Of a stretch of DNA of 64,000 bases, positions 10,860 to 32,486 are shown one piece after another. The notes beneath the pieces are model-generated. The model made no database searches. It saw only the letters and a program-made list of their open reading frames with translations, and had not been told where the DNA came from. The translations under genes were made by a program, and so were the position numbers. Source of the stretch: an uncultured Chloroflexia bacterium (GTDB lineage: Bacteria; Chloroflexota; Limnocylindria; Limnocylindrales; CSP1-4); the NCBI GenBank assembly GCA_963712745.1, contig CAVQJC010000001.1, forward strand, positions 288,001 through 352,000, written 5' to 3'. The number at the start of each line of letters is the position of its first letter. Position 1 is the first letter of the stretch.

Positions 10860-11198
10860 CTAGGCCTCCCGGTTCTCGACCACGACCGTCACGTGGGTCA
10901 TGGGCTTGTTGATGGGGAATGCACGCCCTTGGGCGCGTGGTCGCCAGCGCTTGATGGTGGGTCCCTCGTTGGCAGTGGCCTCCGCGACGATGAGCTCATC
11001 GGCGGGGAGGTCATGGTTGTTCTCGGCGTTGGCCGTGGCGCTCTTGAGCACCTTGGCCACGTCGCGGGCGGCGCCCTGCGGCATGAACTGCAGGAGGGCG
11101 GCAGCCTCTTCCACGGGGCGCCCGACGATGGCCTGCGTGACCAGCCGGGTCTTGCGCGTGGAGCGGCGGAGGTACTTGGCGGTAGCAGAAACTCGCAT
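10860..11198 (-). CDS. rplV: 50S ribosomal protein L22
   Basis: [10 protein letters not shown]; [11 protein letters not shown]. Confidence 0.98.
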   Translation of the reverse strand: MRVSATAKYLRRSTRKTRLVTQAIVGRPVEEAAALLQFMPQGAARDVAKVLKSATANAENNHDLPADELIVAEATANEGPTIKRWRPRAQGRAFPINKPMTHVTVVVENREA

Positions 11199-11206
11199 CG
11201 GGGCTC

Positions 11207-11491
11207 CTACTTCAGCGACGTCGACCGCTCGGTGTGTCGCCCGTGACCGCGGTAGTTGCGGGTGGGGGCGAACTCACCGAGCCGGTGGCCGACCATGTTT
11301 TCCGAGATGAAGATCGGAATGTGCTTGCGGCCGTTGTAGACCGCGACGGTGTGACCGATGAAGTCGGGGAAGATGACGCTGGCACGCGACCAGGTCTTCA
11401 ACACCTGCTTCTCGTTGTTCTTGTTCATCGTCTGCACGCGGGCCAGGAGCCGCTGCTCGACGTACGGACCCTTCTTCAGGGAACGTGACAT
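11207..11491 (-). CDS. rpsS: 30S ribosomal protein S19
   Basis: MSRSLKKGP; [13 protein letters not shown]. Confidence 0.99.
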   Translation of the reverse strand: MSRSLKKGPYVEQRLLARVQTMNKNNEKQVLKTWSRASVIFPDFIGHTVAVYNGRKHIPIFISENMVGHRLGEFAPTRNYRGHGRHTERSTSLK

Positions 11492-11506
11492 GACGCTCCT
11501 CCTTGC

Positions 11507-12334
11507 CTAGCGGCGATGACGGGAGGTCGCGATGAGCCTCCCCGACTTCTTGTTGCGACGGGTGCGGTGACCCATGGCCGGCTGACCCCAGGGGGTCTTG
11601 GGCGGCATGCCCGTGGGTGACTTGCCCTCGCCACCACCATGGGGATGGTCCCTGGGATTCATGACCACGCCGCGGACCTCAGGCCGCCTGCCCATGTGGC
11701 GGGCGCGACCGGCCTTGCCCAGGCTCTGGTTCTCGTGGTCGATGTTGCCCACCTGGCCGACCGTGGCCATGCAGCGCATGTCCACGCGGCGGACCTCACC
11801 GGAGGGCAGGCGCACCAGGGCGTACTGGCCCTCCTTGGCCATCAGCTGCGCCGAGGTACCGGCGGAGCGGACGATCTGGCCACCCTTGCCGGGGACGAGC
11901 TCGATATTGTGGATCTGCGTGCCCAGCGGGATAGCCTTGAGCGGCAGGGCGTTGCCCACGCGCGCCTCGGCCTTGGTGCCGGCCACGACCACGTCGCCGA
12001 CCCTGAGGCCGTTGGGCACCAGGATGTACCGCTTCTCGCCGTCGGCGTAGTGCAGCAGGCCGATGCGGGCCGAGCGGTTGGGGTCGTACTCGACGGTCGC
12101 GAGTCGCGCGGGGACATCCCACTTGTCGCGTCGGAAGTCGATGCGGCGGTAGTTGCGCTTGGCGCCGCCGCCGCGATGACGCACGGTCATGCGGCCCTGG
12201 GAGTTGCGGCCGGAGCCGCGCTTCTTGGACTCGACCAGCGGCTTGTAGGGCTTGTCGGTGGTGATCTCCTCGAAGGTCGACCGCGTCATGAAGCGGCGAC
12301 CGGGGGAGGTTGGCTTGTAGCCTCGGATGGGCAT
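11507..12334 (-). CDS. rplB: 50S ribosomal protein L2
   Basis: [14 protein letters not shown]; [10 protein letters not shown]; [14 protein letters not shown]; start trimmed to 12334. Confidence 0.99.
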   Translation of the reverse strand: MPIRGYKPTSPGRRFMTRSTFEEITTDKPYKPLVESKKRGSGRNSQGRMTVRHRGGGAKRNYRRIDFRRDKWDVPARLATVEYDPNRSARIGLLHYADGEKRYILVPNGLRVGDVVVAGTKAEARVGNALPLKAIPLGTQIHNIELVPGKGGQIVRSAGTSAQLMAKEGQYALVRLPSGEVRRVDMRCMATVGQVGNIDHENQSLGKAGRARHMGRRPEVRGVVMNPRDHPHGGGEGKSPTGMPPKTPWGQPAMGHRTRRNKKSGRLIATSRHRR

Positions 12335-12336
12335 CG

Positions 12337-12639
12337 TCAGACTCCCTCGAAGAACTCGATCGAGTCGCCGGCCTTGACGGTCACGACGGCCTTCTTCCAG
12401 GGTGACGTGAAGCCGACCTGGCGCCCGCGACGACGGTTGCGGGACTTCTCCTTGCGCTTCGTGGTCATCACGTTGACGTTGAGCACGGTGACCTTGAAGA
12501 GCTCCTCGACGGCTGCCTTGATCTGCAGCTTGTTGGCCTCGTCGGCGACTGCGAAGGTGTACTTGTTGACGGTCGACTGGTCCATCGATTTCTCGCTGAT
12601 GACCGGTCGCAGGATGATCTGCGTCGCTACGAGCGTCAT
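12337..12639 (-). CDS. rplW: 50S ribosomal protein L23
   Basis: [11 protein letters not shown]; WKKAVVT. Confidence 0.98.
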   Translation of the reverse strand: MTLVATQIILRPVISEKSMDQSTVNKYTFAVADEANKLQIKAAVEELFKVTVLNVNVMTTKRKEKSRNRRRGRQVGFTSPWKKAVVTVKAGDSIEFFEGV

Positions 12640-13259
12640 GCGTACACCTCCGACATGGTGGCGATGGAGGGCTTGGTGATGACGATCGCATCCGCGTCGA
12701 CGACATCGACGATGTTGAGCGAGTCCGAGCGGATGACCACGAGGTTGGGCACGTTGCGAGCCGAGAGCTCGAGCGCCTCGTTCTTGCCGTCCTCTACCAC
12801 GAGCACCTTGCCGGCGGCCTGAAGCGCGGCCAGGTGGCCCAGCAGCTGCTTGGTCTTGATGTCGTCGAGGGAGAGGTCGTTGACGACCTTGATCACGCCG
12901 TCGTCGAACTTGCTCGTGAGTGCACCCACCAGCGCGAGGCGGCGCATGCGCTTGGGCAGGCGCTTGTCGTACTTGCGCGGGCTGGGGCCGAAGACCACGC
13001 CGCCGCCCTTGTAGTGGGGCGCAGAGCGAGTGCCCTGGCGGGCCCTGCCGGTGCCCTTCTGACGATAGGGCTTGCGGCCGCCGCCGCGAACCTCGGCGCG
13101 GGTCTTGACCTTGGCCGTGCCCAGGCGCCGGCCGGCCATCTGGGCCACCACCGCCTGGTGCATGACCGCCGTGTTGACGGGAGCCGCGAACAGCGCGTCC
13201 GGCAGGTCGATGGTGCCGGCCTCCGAGCCGGTCTTGTCGAAGAGAGGTGTCGTTGGCAT
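12636..13259 (-). CDS. rplD: 50S ribosomal protein L4
   Basis: [14 protein letters not shown]; GGGVVFGP. Confidence 0.99.
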   Translation of the reverse strand: MPTTPLFDKTGSEAGTIDLPDALFAAPVNTAVMHQAVVAQMAGRRLGTAKVKTRAEVRGGGRKPYRQKGTGRARQGTRSAPHYKGGGVVFGPSPRKYDKRLPKRMRRLALVGALTSKFDDGVIKVVNDLSLDDIKTKQLLGHLAALQAAGKVLVVEDGKNEALELSARNVPNLVVIRSDSLNIVDVVDADAIVITKPSIATMSEVYA

Positions 13260-13261
13260 GG

Positions 13262-13873
13262 CTATGCCTTCCTGACCACGACGAGCGCGTTGCGGGGACC
13301 GGGGACCGGGCCCTTGACGAGCAGCAGGTTGCGCTCGCTGTCGGTGCGCACGATGGTGGCGTTCTTGACCGTGACCCGCTCGTGGCCCATGTGGCCCGCC
13401 ATGGGGGAGCCGCGGAAGACCTTGCCCGGGTAGGTGCCGCCGCCGATGGAGCCGGGAGCTCGATGCGAGTCGGAGCCGTGTGTCTCCGGCCCGCGACGGA
13501 AGTGGTGACGCTTGATGGTGCCGGCGAAGCCCTTGCCCTTGGAGGTGCCCGTCACGGCCACGGACTCGCCGGCCTCGAAGATGCTGACGTCGAGGGTCTG
13601 GCCGATCTCGTAGTCGGCTACGTCGTCGACGCGGAACTCGCGCACGTCCCGCACCCGGGGCAGGTCCTTGAGCTGGCCCGCGCGAGGCTTGGTCGTGCGA
13701 CGAGCGGTGCCGGCGCCGACCTGGACGGCGGTATAGCCGTCGCGCTCGAGCGTGCGCAGCTCCGTCACGGTGTTGGGCTCGACGGCCACCACGGAGACCG
13801 GCACCATCGTGCCGTCCTCCGCGAAGATTTGTGTCATTCCGACCTTGCGGCCGATCAGTCCGATACTCATCAC
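13262..13873 (-). CDS. rplC: 50S ribosomal protein L3
   Basis: [10 protein letters not shown]; SKGKGFAG; HRAPGSIG. Confidence 0.99.
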   Translation of the reverse strand: MMSIGLIGRKVGMTQIFAEDGTMVPVSVVAVEPNTVTELRTLERDGYTAVQVGAGTARRTTKPRAGQLKDLPRVRDVREFRVDDVADYEIGQTLDVSIFEAGESVAVTGTSKGKGFAGTIKRHHFRRGPETHGSDSHRAPGSIGGGTYPGKVFRGSPMAGHMGHERVTVKNATIVRTDSERNLLLVKGPVPGPRNALVVVRKA

Positions 13874-14178
13874 ATCCTGATCTCGATATCGACGCCGGCG
13901 GCCAGCGACAGGCGCATCAGCGCGTCAACGGTCTTCGAGGACGGGTCCAGGATGTCGATGAGCCGCTTATGTGTGCGGATCTCGAACTGCTCCCGGCTGT
14001 CCTTGTCGATGAACGGGGACCGCAGGACCGTGAACTTCTCGATACGGGTCGGCAGCGGCACCGGGCCAACGACCTCGGCACCGGTGCGCTGGGCCGTCTC
14101 CACGATCTGGAGCGCGGACTGATCCAGCAGCCGGTGATCGTATGCCTTCAGGCGGATCCGGATCCGCTGCCGTGCCAC
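13870..14178 (-). CDS. rpsJ: 30S ribosomal protein S10
   Basis: [10 protein letters not shown]; [12 protein letters not shown]. Confidence 0.99.
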   Translation of the reverse strand: MARQRIRIRLKAYDHRLLDQSALQIVETAQRTGAEVVGPVPLPTRIEKFTVLRSPFIDKDSREQFEIRTHKRLIDILDPSSKTVDALMRLSLAAGVDIEIRM

Positions 14179-14180
14179 CC

Positions 14181-15378
<1,198 letters not shown>

Positions 15379-15467
15379 TGCCGTCGTCGTCCTCTGCTAC
15401 GTCCTTGACTGCTGATCTGCTGATCGCTGCTTGGGCTTGAATCTGTGGTTGGTGTGGTGGTTACCGG

Positions 15468-17540
15468 CTATGTCGTCGACTTCTGGACCAGCTCCTGGGC
15501 GATGGCCTTGGGAACCTCGGCGTAGTGCGAGAACTCCATCGAGGAGGTCGCGCGTCCCTGGGTCATGCTGCGAAGGTCGGTCACGTAGCCGAACATCGAG
15601 GCCAGCGGTACGAAGGCGCTGACCACCTGCGTGCCGTTGCGGTTGTCCATCCCTTCGATGTGACCGCGGCGGCTGTTCAGATCGCCGATGACGTCGCCCA
15701 TGAACTCCTCGGGCATCACGACCTCGACGCGCATGACCGGTTCGAGGATGGCCGGGTTGGCCTTCTGGACGGCGGCCTTGGCGGCCATCGAACCGGCGAT
15801 CTTGAACGCCATCTCCGAGGAGTCCACCTCGTGGGTGGAGCCGTCGAAGAGGGTGGCCTTGACATCCACCATGGGGAAGCCGGCGTAGACGCCGGTCTCG
15901 AGGGCTTCGCGGATGCCGGCGTCCACGGCCTTGATGTACTCGCGCGGGATGACCCCGCCCACGATCTTGTCCACGAACTCGTAGCCGCTGCCCTTCTCGC
16001 CCGGCCCCAGCCTGATGATGGCGTGGCCGTACTGGCCCCGCCCACCGGTCTGGCGCACGAAGCGGCCGTTGCCCTCCGCCTCGCGGCGGATGGTCTCGCG
16101 GTAGGAGACCTGCGGCTTGCCGACGTTGGCGGCGACCTTGAACTCGCGCACCATGCGGTCCACCAACACGTCCAGGTGCAGCTCGCCCATGCCTGCGATG
16201 AGGGTCTGGCCCGACTCTTCGTCGTTGTGCACCCGGAAGGTGGGGTCCTCCTCGGCCAGCCGCTGCAGGGCTACGGCCAGCTTGTCCTGGTCGGCCTTGG
16301 TCTTGGGCTCGATGGCGACCTCGATGACCGGCTCCGGGAACGTCATCGACTCGAGGATCACGGGGTGGTCGAGGTCGGTCAGGGTGTCGCCGGTGAAGGT
16401 GTCCTTGAGGCCCACGGCGGCGGCGATGTCGCCGGCCCCGACCTCGTCGATGTCCTCCCGCGAGTTGGCGTGGAGCTCGACGATACGGCCGATGCGTTCC
16501 TTCTTGCCCTTGCTCGCGTTGTAGACGTAGGAGCCGGTCTTGAGCTTGCCGCTGTAGACGCGGAAGAAGGCCAGCTTGCCTACGAACGGGTCGGCCGCGA
16601 TCTTGAAGGCGAGAGCCGCGAAGGGCTCTTTCTCATCGACCGCTCGGACGACCTCATTGCCGTCGGGGTCAATGCCGGTGATGGGTGGCACGTCCAGCGG
16701 CGAAGGGAGGTAGTGCACGACCGCGTCGAGCATGGGCTGCACGCCCTTGTTCTTGAGAGCGCTGCCGGTGAGCACCGGGACCACGCGGTTCTGCAGCGTG
16801 CCCAGGCGCAGGCCGTGGCGGATCTCCTGGGGCGTGAGCTCCTCACCCTCGAGGAACTTCATGGTCAGCTCGTCATCGACCTCGGCCACGGCCTCGATCA
16901 TGGTGGCACGGTGCGTCTCGGCCTCTGCCAACAGGTCCGCCGGGATGTCGGTGACCTCAGGCTTGGCGCCGAGATCGTCGCGGTAGATGATGGCGTTCAT
17001 CTCGATGAGGTCGACCACGCCCTGGAACTGCCCTTCCTGGCCGATGGGGATCTGGATGGGTACGGCGTTGGCGCCGAGGCGGTCCTTGATCGAGTCGACG
17101 CAGCGCCAGAAGTCGGCGCCGGTGCGGTCGAGCTTGTTGATGAAGCAGAAGCGCGGCACACCGTAGCGGTCAGCCTGGCGCCAGACCGTCTCCGACTGGG
17201 GCTCCACGCCGGCCACGCCGTCGAAGACGACGACCGCGCCGTCGAGCACTCGCAGGCTCCGCTCGACCTCGACGGTGAAGTCCACGTGTCCGGGCGTATC
17301 GATGATGTTGATGCGCGTGTTGTTCCAGAAGCAGGTCGTGGCCGCGGCCGTGATGGTGATGCCGCGTTCCTGTTCCTGGGGCATCCAGTCCATCGTGGCC
17401 GCGCCCTCGTGGACCTCACCGATCTTGTAGATCTTGTCCGTGTAGAACAGGATCCGCTCAGTCACGGTCGTCTTGCCGGCGTCGATATGCGCGATGATGC
17501 CGATGTTCCGCGTGCGAGCAAGCGGGAACTTCCGTGACAT
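15468..17540 (-). CDS. fusA: Elongation factor G
   Basis: [15 protein letters not shown]; DTPGHVDF; NKLD; start trimmed to ATG at 17540. Confidence 0.99.
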   Translation of the reverse strand: MSRKFPLARTRNIGIIAHIDAGKTTVTERILFYTDKIYKIGEVHEGAATMDWMPQEQERGITITAAATTCFWNNTRINIIDTPGHVDFTVEVERSLRVLDGAVVVFDGVAGVEPQSETVWRQADRYGVPRFCFINKLDRTGADFWRCVDSIKDRLGANAVPIQIPIGQEGQFQGVVDLIEMNAIIYRDDLGAKPEVTDIPADLLAEAETHRATMIEAVAEVDDELTMKFLEGEELTPQEIRHGLRLGTLQNRVVPVLTGSALKNKGVQPMLDAVVHYLPSPLDVPPITGIDPDGNEVVRAVDEKEPFAALAFKIAADPFVGKLAFFRVYSGKLKTGSYVYNASKGKKERIGRIVELHANSREDIDEVGAGDIAAAVGLKDTFTGDTLTDLDHPVILESMTFPEPVIEVAIEPKTKADQDKLAVALQRLAEEDPTFRVHNDEESGQTLIAGMGELHLDVLVDRMVREFKVAANVGKPQVSYRETIRREAEGNGRFVRQTGGRGQYGHAIIRLGPGEKGSGYEFVDKIVGGVIPREYIKAVDAGIREALETGVYAGFPMVDVKATLFDGSTHEVDSSEMAFKIAGSMAAKAAVQKANPAILEPVMRVEVVMPEEFMGDVIGDLNSRRGHIEGMDNRNGTQVVSAFVPLASMFGYVTDLRSMTQGRATSSMEFSHYAEVPKAIAQELVQKSTT

Positions 17541-17574
17541 CGTGTCGGTGGTCCTCGTTAGATCGGTGGTCCGC

Positions 17575-18038
17575 TTACCAGCGGAAGTGGCTGAAGGCCT
17601 TGTTGGCGTCGGCCATCTTGTGGGTGTCCTCGCGCCGCTTGACGGCGGCACCGAGTCCGTTCATGGCGTCCACCAGCTCGAAGGCCAGCTTCTCGCTCAT
17701 GGACTTGCCGCTGCGCTTGCGCGCAGCCTGGACCAGCCAGCGCACGCCGAGGCTGGTGCGGCGGTCGCCACGGATCTCGACGGGCACCTGGTAGGTGGCG
17801 CCACCGACGCGGCGGGGCTTGACCTCGATGATGGGCGTGGCGTTGCGCAGGGCGGCATCGAGCACCTCCAGCCCGGGCCGGCCGGCCGAAGCCTCGGCTC
17901 GGGCCAGCGCCTGGCGCAGGATCTTCTCGGCCAGGCCCTTCTTGCCGTCCTTCATCAGCTTCACGACGAAGCGGTCCGTCGTACGCGAGAGCGGCGGCGA
18001 GTACTTGACCTTGCGCGGGATCTGAGCACGTCGGGGCA

Positions 18039-18039
<1 letters not shown>
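17575..18039 (-). CDS. rpsG: 30S ribosomal protein S7
   Basis: [11 protein letters not shown]; [16 protein letters not shown]. Confidence 0.98.
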
Positions 18040-18452
<413 letters not shown>

Positions 18453-18679
18453 GGAGTCTTCGTCTCCCCTATCGATGTGCGTCGTGGTGACGCGGTGTCG
18501 GGGCGCGCACGGAGCGCACGGTCCCCTGTCTCGGCTATCTGGGTCTGGTATGGCGGCTTCTGGGTCTCCCCGGGTGCGGCCCGCTGTGGGGCCTCCTCGC
18601 GGGGTGGCCGCCTGGCGTGCTCATCGGCCCACGGGCCGCGCGCACAGAACCGACACGGCTGTTGCAGCCGCGACCGCGA

Positions 18680-18708
18680 AGTCTAGCAGTGGGCCGCGAG
18701 ACCGTCAA
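18680..18708 (-). promoter_or_regulatory. Putative sigma70-type promoter for the str/S10 cluster
   Basis: Minus strand TTGACG-N17-TAGACT with a TG extended -10 element, in the rpoC-rpsL gap. Confidence 0.7.
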
Positions 18709-18738
18709 CGACGTGACGGCCCGGCGGCCCCTAAGCCG

Positions 18739-23337
<4,599 letters not shown>

Positions 23338-23424
23338 CGTTCTCCTTCAGCCGCGCCGTCGATGAGCGGTGCGGGATGCGCGGGTGGCCCGGAGGGAGGC
23401 TCCGGACCGGTGGCCCAGGGGTGG

Positions 23425-26892
<3,468 letters not shown>

Positions 26893-26986
26893 GGGGCACT
26901 CCTGGCCTCAGGGAGAGGCGATCAAGGCACGGGAATCCGACCACATGGGTCGTTGAAAAGAAAAGGGCCGCGCTCACCGACCGCGT

Positions 26987-27015
26987 ATGGTATCGCGTGT
27001 TCCGCGAAACGTCAA
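26987..27015 (-). promoter_or_regulatory. Putative sigma70-type promoter of rpoBC
   Basis: Minus strand TTGACG-N17-TACCAT in the rplL-rpoB gap. Confidence 0.7.
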
Positions 27016-27081
27016 CAGCGTCCGGACATGGCAGATGGGGGAGGCCCGGAGGCCACCCCCATCGTTGGGCAGCGAGGGTGG

Positions 27082-27471
27082 CTACTTGACTTCGACCTTG
27101 GCGCCCTGCTCTTCGAGGGCAGCCTTGATCTTCTCGGCCTCCTCCTTGTCCACGCCCTCCTTCACGGCCTTGGGCGCAGCGTCGACGAGGTCCTTGGCCT
27201 CCTTGAGGCCGAGGCCGGTCAGCTCGCGCACGACCTTGATGACGGGGATCTTGTTGGGGCCGATCTCGGTCAGCACGGCCTCGAACTCGGTCTGCTCGGC
27301 GGCGGCCTCGCCGCCGGCGTCGGCAGCGGGGGCAGCCGCGACCGCGACCGCGGCCGGGGCTGCGGCGGTGACGCCGTAGCGCTCCTCGAAGGCCTTGATG
27401 AACTCGGACAGCTCGAGGACGGTCATGCCGTCGATGGCTTCGAGGATGTCGTCCTGGGAAAGCTTGGCCAT
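27082..27471 (-). CDS. rplL: 50S ribosomal protein L7/L12
   Basis: [24 protein letters not shown]. Confidence 0.99.
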   Translation of the reverse strand: MAKLSQDDILEAIDGMTVLELSEFIKAFEERYGVTAAAPAAVAVAAAPAADAGGEAAAEQTEFEAVLTEIGPNKIPVIKVVRELTGLGLKEAKDLVDAAPKAVKEGVDKEEAEKIKAALEEQGAKVEVK

Positions 27472-27527
27472 AGGGGTGTCGTTCCTTCCGTTAGCTGGTG
27501 GTGGGACTGATCGTCAGTGGGTGAGTG

Positions 27528-28055
27528 CTAGGCCGCTTCGGCGGCTTCGCGCTGCTCTCTGAGCTGCGCCAGGCCGTAGCCAAGATTGCGCAGCGGCGCA
27601 GCGAGCAGGCTGGCCATCGTGCTCAGCGGCGAGGCCATGCCACCGGCCAGCTGGGCCAGCAGGGCCTCGCGACCGGGGAGCTTGGCCAGCGCGGCCACAG
27701 CAGCGGCGTCGACCGTCTCGCCGTTGATGGCGGCGCCACGGATCTCGACGTTGAAGGGCTTGGTGGCATCCAGCAGGCTCTTGGCCAGCGAGGCCTCGTC
27801 CTGGCCGCCGATGGCGATGGCGCTGGGGCCGGTGAGGAGCGGGATGAGCTCCTCGCGGCCGGCTTGCTCGGCAGCGATCTTGGCCAGGCGGTTCTTGATG
27901 ACCCGGTACTGGATGTCCTTCGCGCGCAGCTCTCGGCGCACCTTCAGCAGGTCAGCCACGGACAGGCCTCGATGGTCGGAGACGATGGTGGTGTCCGCCT
28001 CCTTGAGGAGCTCTGCGAGCTCCGCCACGGCAGCCTGCTTGGCTTCTGTGGGCAT
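27528..28055 (-). CDS. rplJ: 50S ribosomal protein L10
   Basis: MPTEAK...DHRGLSV..YRVIKNRL..LPGREALLAQL; AAAGGAGG SD upstream of ATG 28055. Confidence 0.97.
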   Translation of the reverse strand: MPTEAKQAAVAELAELLKEADTTIVSDHRGLSVADLLKVRRELRAKDIQYRVIKNRLAKIAAEQAGREELIPLLTGPSAIAIGGQDEASLAKSLLDATKPFNVEIRGAAINGETVDAAAVAALAKLPGREALLAQLAGGMASPLSTMASLLAAPLRNLGYGLAQLREQREAAEAA

Positions 28056-28173
28056 GTAACCTCCTTTGCTGGGTTGGGCGCGCCGGCGCGACCACCCCTG
28101 TGTGTCCCGCACAGGAGCGTCAGTCGCTGCGACATGCAGCACCCGGAACCCGTGAGGTCCGGTTCGACACCTG

Positions 28174-28306
28174 CCTTGGCGTGCCCGTCGGCGTCCCCGC
28201 GCTTGGCGGTCCGGTCGACGATTTCGGTCCGGTCCGGCGCTCCACGATCATCGTGGCGCGCGGCACGGGAGCCTTTCGGCCCCCTCGGACGCATCGCTGT
28301 CTCTGG
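28174..28306 (-). promoter_or_regulatory. Putative L10(L12)4 autoregulatory leader
   Basis: Minus strand CAGAGACA-GCG...CGC-CAAGG resembles the L10-leader core (AGACAG..stem..CGAGG); in the rplA-rplJ gap. Confidence 0.55.
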
Positions 28307-28382
28307 CGGAACGGCTCTTCGTTTCGACGGGAAGCGCCCCGTCAACGCTGTGGTTGGATGCGGGCCCGAGGCCCGACAGCTC

Positions 28383-29090
28383 CTAGGCCGCGGCGCGAGC
28401 CAGGAGTCCGGGGACATCCACGCGGATGCCCGGTCCCATGGTGGACGCGACGGTGAGGCTCCTGAAGTACTGGCCCTTGGTCTCCTTGGGCCGGGCCCGG
28501 TTGACCGCGTCGGTCAGGGCCGCCAGGTTCTCGACCAGCTGCTCGTTCTCGAAGTGGGACTTGCCGAAGGGCACATGGATGATGCCGCCCTTGTCGACCT
28601 TGAACTCGATACGCCCACCCTTGAGCTCCCCGATGACTTGCTCGAGGTCGAAGGTGACGGTACCGGCCTTGGGGTTCGGCATCAGCCCGCGGCGGCCGAG
28701 GATGCGGCCGAGCTTGCCCACGCGACCCATCATGTCGGGCGTGGCCACGGCCACATCGAACTCCAGCCAGCCGCCCTCGATCTTCTCAGCGAGGTCGTCG
28801 GCCCCGACCTCGTCGGCACCGGCGGCGGTGGCCTCGGCCGCCTTGTCACCCTGGGCGAAGACGGCCACGCGCACGACCTTGCCGCTGCCATGCGGCAGCG
28901 AGACGGTGCCGCGCACCATCTGCTCGGCATGACGAGGGTCGACGCCGAGGCGGATGTGCGCCTCGACCGATCCGTCGAACTTGGTGGTGGAGGTCTGCTT
29001 CAGGAGCGACATGGCCTCGTCAGGCTCGTAGACCCTGCCATGCTCGACGAGCTTGGCGGCGTCCTGGTATCGCTTTCCGTGCTGAGCCAT
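28383..29090 (-). CDS. rplA: 50S ribosomal protein L1
   Basis: [14 protein letters not shown]; [11 protein letters not shown]; STMGPG. Confidence 0.99.
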   Translation of the reverse strand: MAQHGKRYQDAAKLVEHGRVYEPDEAMSLLKQTSTTKFDGSVEAHIRLGVDPRHAEQMVRGTVSLPHGSGKVVRVAVFAQGDKAAEATAAGADEVGADDLAEKIEGGWLEFDVAVATPDMMGRVGKLGRILGRRGLMPNPKAGTVTFDLEQVIGELKGGRIEFKVDKGGIIHVPFGKSHFENEQLVENLAALTDAVNRARPKETKGQYFRSLTVASTMGPGIRVDVPGLLARAAA

Positions 29091-29094
29091 GTGG

Positions 29095-29133
29095 TGGGAT
29101 CCTTTCGCTGGCGGCCGTGGTCGGCCTCCCCCT
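29095..29133 (-). promoter_or_regulatory. Possible L1-binding autoregulatory site overlapping the rplA RBS
   Basis: Minus strand GGGGGAG-GCCG-acca-CGGC-CGCCA...ATCCC hairpin resembles L1 target elements; judged by eye only. Confidence 0.35.
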
Positions 29134-29224
29134 GGTGACGCGGGGTGGACGTGCCGGTCGCAGCCCGTGGGCCGCGGCAGGGGCCCGTCCGTTCCGGCCG
29201 GCGGACGGTGCCCGTAGTGGTGGT

Positions 29225-29653
29225 CTAGTCGACGACCTCGATGCCCATGGAGCGGGCCGTGCCCGCGATCACGCGGGCGGCCATCTCGGGGTCATCGGCG
29301 TTGAGGTCGGACTTCTTGATCTCGGCGATCTCGAGCAGCTGGGCCTGGGTGACCTGGCCCACGTAGGCTTCCCGTCCCGATGCCCCAGAGCCCTTCTCCA
29401 CGCCGGCCGCCTTGCGCAGCAGATCCGCCGCGGGCGGCGTCTTGAGCACGAAGGTGAAGCTGCGGTCCTCGAAGATGGTGATCCTGGCGGGGATGATCTG
29501 GCCGCTCTGGGCCGCAGTCCTCTCGTTGTAGGACTTGGTGAACTCGACGATGTTGATGCCGTGCGGACCGAGCGCGGTACCCACGGGCGGGGCCGGGGTG
29601 GCCTTGCCGGCGGGCAGCTGCAGGGTCAGGACGGTGCGGATCTTCTTGGCCAT
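29225..29653 (-). CDS. rplK: 50S ribosomal protein L11
   Basis: [15 protein letters not shown]; GTARSMG. Confidence 0.99.
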   Translation of the reverse strand: MAKKIRTVLTLQLPAGKATPAPPVGTALGPHGINIVEFTKSYNERTAAQSGQIIPARITIFEDRSFTFVLKTPPAADLLRKAAGVEKGSGASGREAYVGQVTQAQLLEIAEIKKSDLNADDPEMAARVIAGTARSMGIEVVD

Positions 29654-29701
29654 CGGTTCGTCTCGTTCTACCTCGTTGGGATCTGGTTCTGGCCGGGAGA
29701 G

Positions 29702-30283
29702 CTAGAGCTTCTCGACCTGCAGGAAGTCCAGCTCCACGGGCGTCTCACGTCCGAAGATGCTGACCAGGACCTTGAGCTTGTTACGCTCGGGATTGACTTC
29801 TTCCACGGTGCCGATGAACTCGGCGAAGGGGCCGTCGGTGACCCGCACCGACTGGCCCTTGCTGAAGGCCACGCGATACTTGGGCGTCTCGACACCCATC
29901 TGGCGCAGGATCTGCTTGACCTCGTGCTCCTCGAGGGGCACCGGCTCGTTGCGCGAGCCGGGGATGTTGCCGCCGCCCACGAAGCTGGTCACGCCAGGCG
30001 TGTTGCGCACGACGAACCAGGACTCGGGATCGAGGACCATCTCCACCAGCACGTAGCCGGGGAAGACCTTCTTCTGCACGGTGACACGCTGGCCGCCGCG
30101 GATCTCGATCTCGTCCTCTTCGGGCACCAGGACCTGGTAGATCTTGTCCTCCATGCCCATGGTCTCGATGCGGTGCTCGAGATTGGTCTTCACCTTCTTC
30201 TCGTAACCCGAGTAGGTGTGGATGACATACCAGCGCTTCTCGGGCTGGGCGGTCTCGGTGAGATGGTCGAGGAAGCTGGCCAC
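29702..30283 (-). CDS. nusG: Transcription factor NusG
   Basis: [11 protein letters not shown]; FPGYVLVEM; [17 protein letters not shown] domain. Confidence 0.99.
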   Translation of the reverse strand: MASFLDHLTETAQPEKRWYVIHTYSGYEKKVKTNLEHRIETMGMEDKIYQVLVPEEDEIEIRGGQRVTVQKKVFPGYVLVEMVLDPESWFVVRNTPGVTSFVGGGNIPGSRNEPVPLEEHEVKQILRQMGVETPKYRVAFSKGQSVRVTDGPFAEFIGTVEEVNPERNKLKVLVSIFGRETPVELDFLQVEKL

Positions 30284-30474
30284 TAGAAGATGTCCGTGAT
30301 GACGCGCAAGGCCACGGTCCAGAGGTTGTCCCAGAACCAGATGTACACGCCGAAGATCGCGCTGATCACGAACACGAGGATCGTAAGGTTGCGCACGTGC
30401 TCCCGGGTGGGCCAGGTCACCTTCTTCAGTTCGGACCAGGACTCGATGAAGTACTGGCGGATCCTACCGATCAC
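30283..30474 (-). CDS. secE: Preprotein translocase subunit SecE
   Basis: ELKKVTWPT followed by one TM; GTG start at 30474 chosen to avoid overlapping tRNA-Trp. Confidence 0.93.
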   Translation of the reverse strand: MIGRIRQYFIESWSELKKVTWPTREHVRNLTILVFVISAIFGVYIWFWDNLWTVALRVITDIF

Positions 30475-30513
30475 GGTTCTCTTCGATGCCTCTTGACTGG
30501 CGGCTGGTGGAGG

Positions 30514-30590
30514 TGGCAGGCGCGGCGGGACTCGAACCCACAACCCCTGGTTTTGGAGACCAGTGCTCTGCCAAATTGAGCTACGCGCCT
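30514..30590 (-). tRNA. tRNA-Trp (CCA)
   Basis: AGGCGCGTAGCTCAA...CTGGT-CTCCAAA-ACCAG...GTTCGAGTC...GCCA. Confidence 0.97.
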
Positions 30591-30609
30591 ACGCTCGAAC
30601 GTTCGTCCC

Positions 30610-30774
30610 CTACTTCGTCTCGCGGTGAAGTGTATGCGTTCGACAGCGAGGGCAGTAGCGCCGCAGCTCGATGCGACTGGGGTCGTTCTTCTTGTTCTTC
30701 TCCGTCGTGTACGTGCGTTCCCTGCACTCGGTGCAGGCGAGCGTGATGACGGGCCGGTTTTCGGCTTTTGCCAC
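30610..30774 (-). CDS. rpmG: 50S ribosomal protein L33 (Zn-binding type)
   Basis: Manual translation [54 protein letters not shown]. Confidence 0.97.
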   Translation of the reverse strand: MAKAENRPVITLACTECRERTYTTEKNKKNDPSRIELRRYCPRCRTHTLHRETK

Positions 30775-30780
30775 TTGAGT

Positions 30781-31977
<1,197 letters not shown>

Positions 31978-32042
31978 CCTTGTAGTCCGCTTGGCCCCCG
32001 GACACGCGCACCGGAGTGGTGGACGAGTCGGAGGTGATCAGA

Positions 32043-32117
<75 letters not shown>

Positions 32118-32159
32118 GCGCTGGGCGTTTGTAGGCTCTCACAGAAGACGCCGGTTGAA

Positions 32160-32244
32160 TGGTGGGCAAGGAGGGAATCGAACCCCCACAGTCGAAGACG
32201 GCTGATCTACAGTCAGCGGAGCTCACCACCTGCTCAACTTACCC
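32160..32244 (-). tRNA. tRNA-Tyr (GTA)
   Basis: GGGTAAG...GCTGA-CTGTAGA-TCAGC, long variable arm, GTTCGATTC, ACCA end. Confidence 0.93.
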
Positions 32245-32313
32245 ATGATTACCGTGCACCCCTTCGGGACCAGCGCCCCTGCGGTGAAGGGGGGACACAG
32301 CGTCTTCTGTTGT

Positions 32314-32389
32314 TGGAGCCGACGACGGGACTCGAACCCGGAACCGGTGGTTTACAAAACCACTGCTCTACCAATTGAGCTACGTCGGC
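32314..32389 (-). tRNA. tRNA-Thr (TGT)
   Basis: GCCGACGTAGCTCAA...GTGGT-TTTGTAA-ACCAC...GTTCGAGTC...TCCA. Confidence 0.97.
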
Positions 32390-32400
32390 GGCGACGCCGA

Positions 32401-32430
32401 ATGGTAGCGCACGAACCGCGAACCTCGCAA
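32401..32430 (-). promoter_or_regulatory. Putative promoter of the tRNA-tuf operon
   Basis: Minus strand TTGCGA-N18-TACCAT ending 11 nt upstream of tRNA-Thr. Confidence 0.55.
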
Positions 32431-32486
32431 GCGCCTGCCCTTCTCGTGCTCCGTGCGGCGCTCGCTATCCGGCCGCGGGCGTCGGC

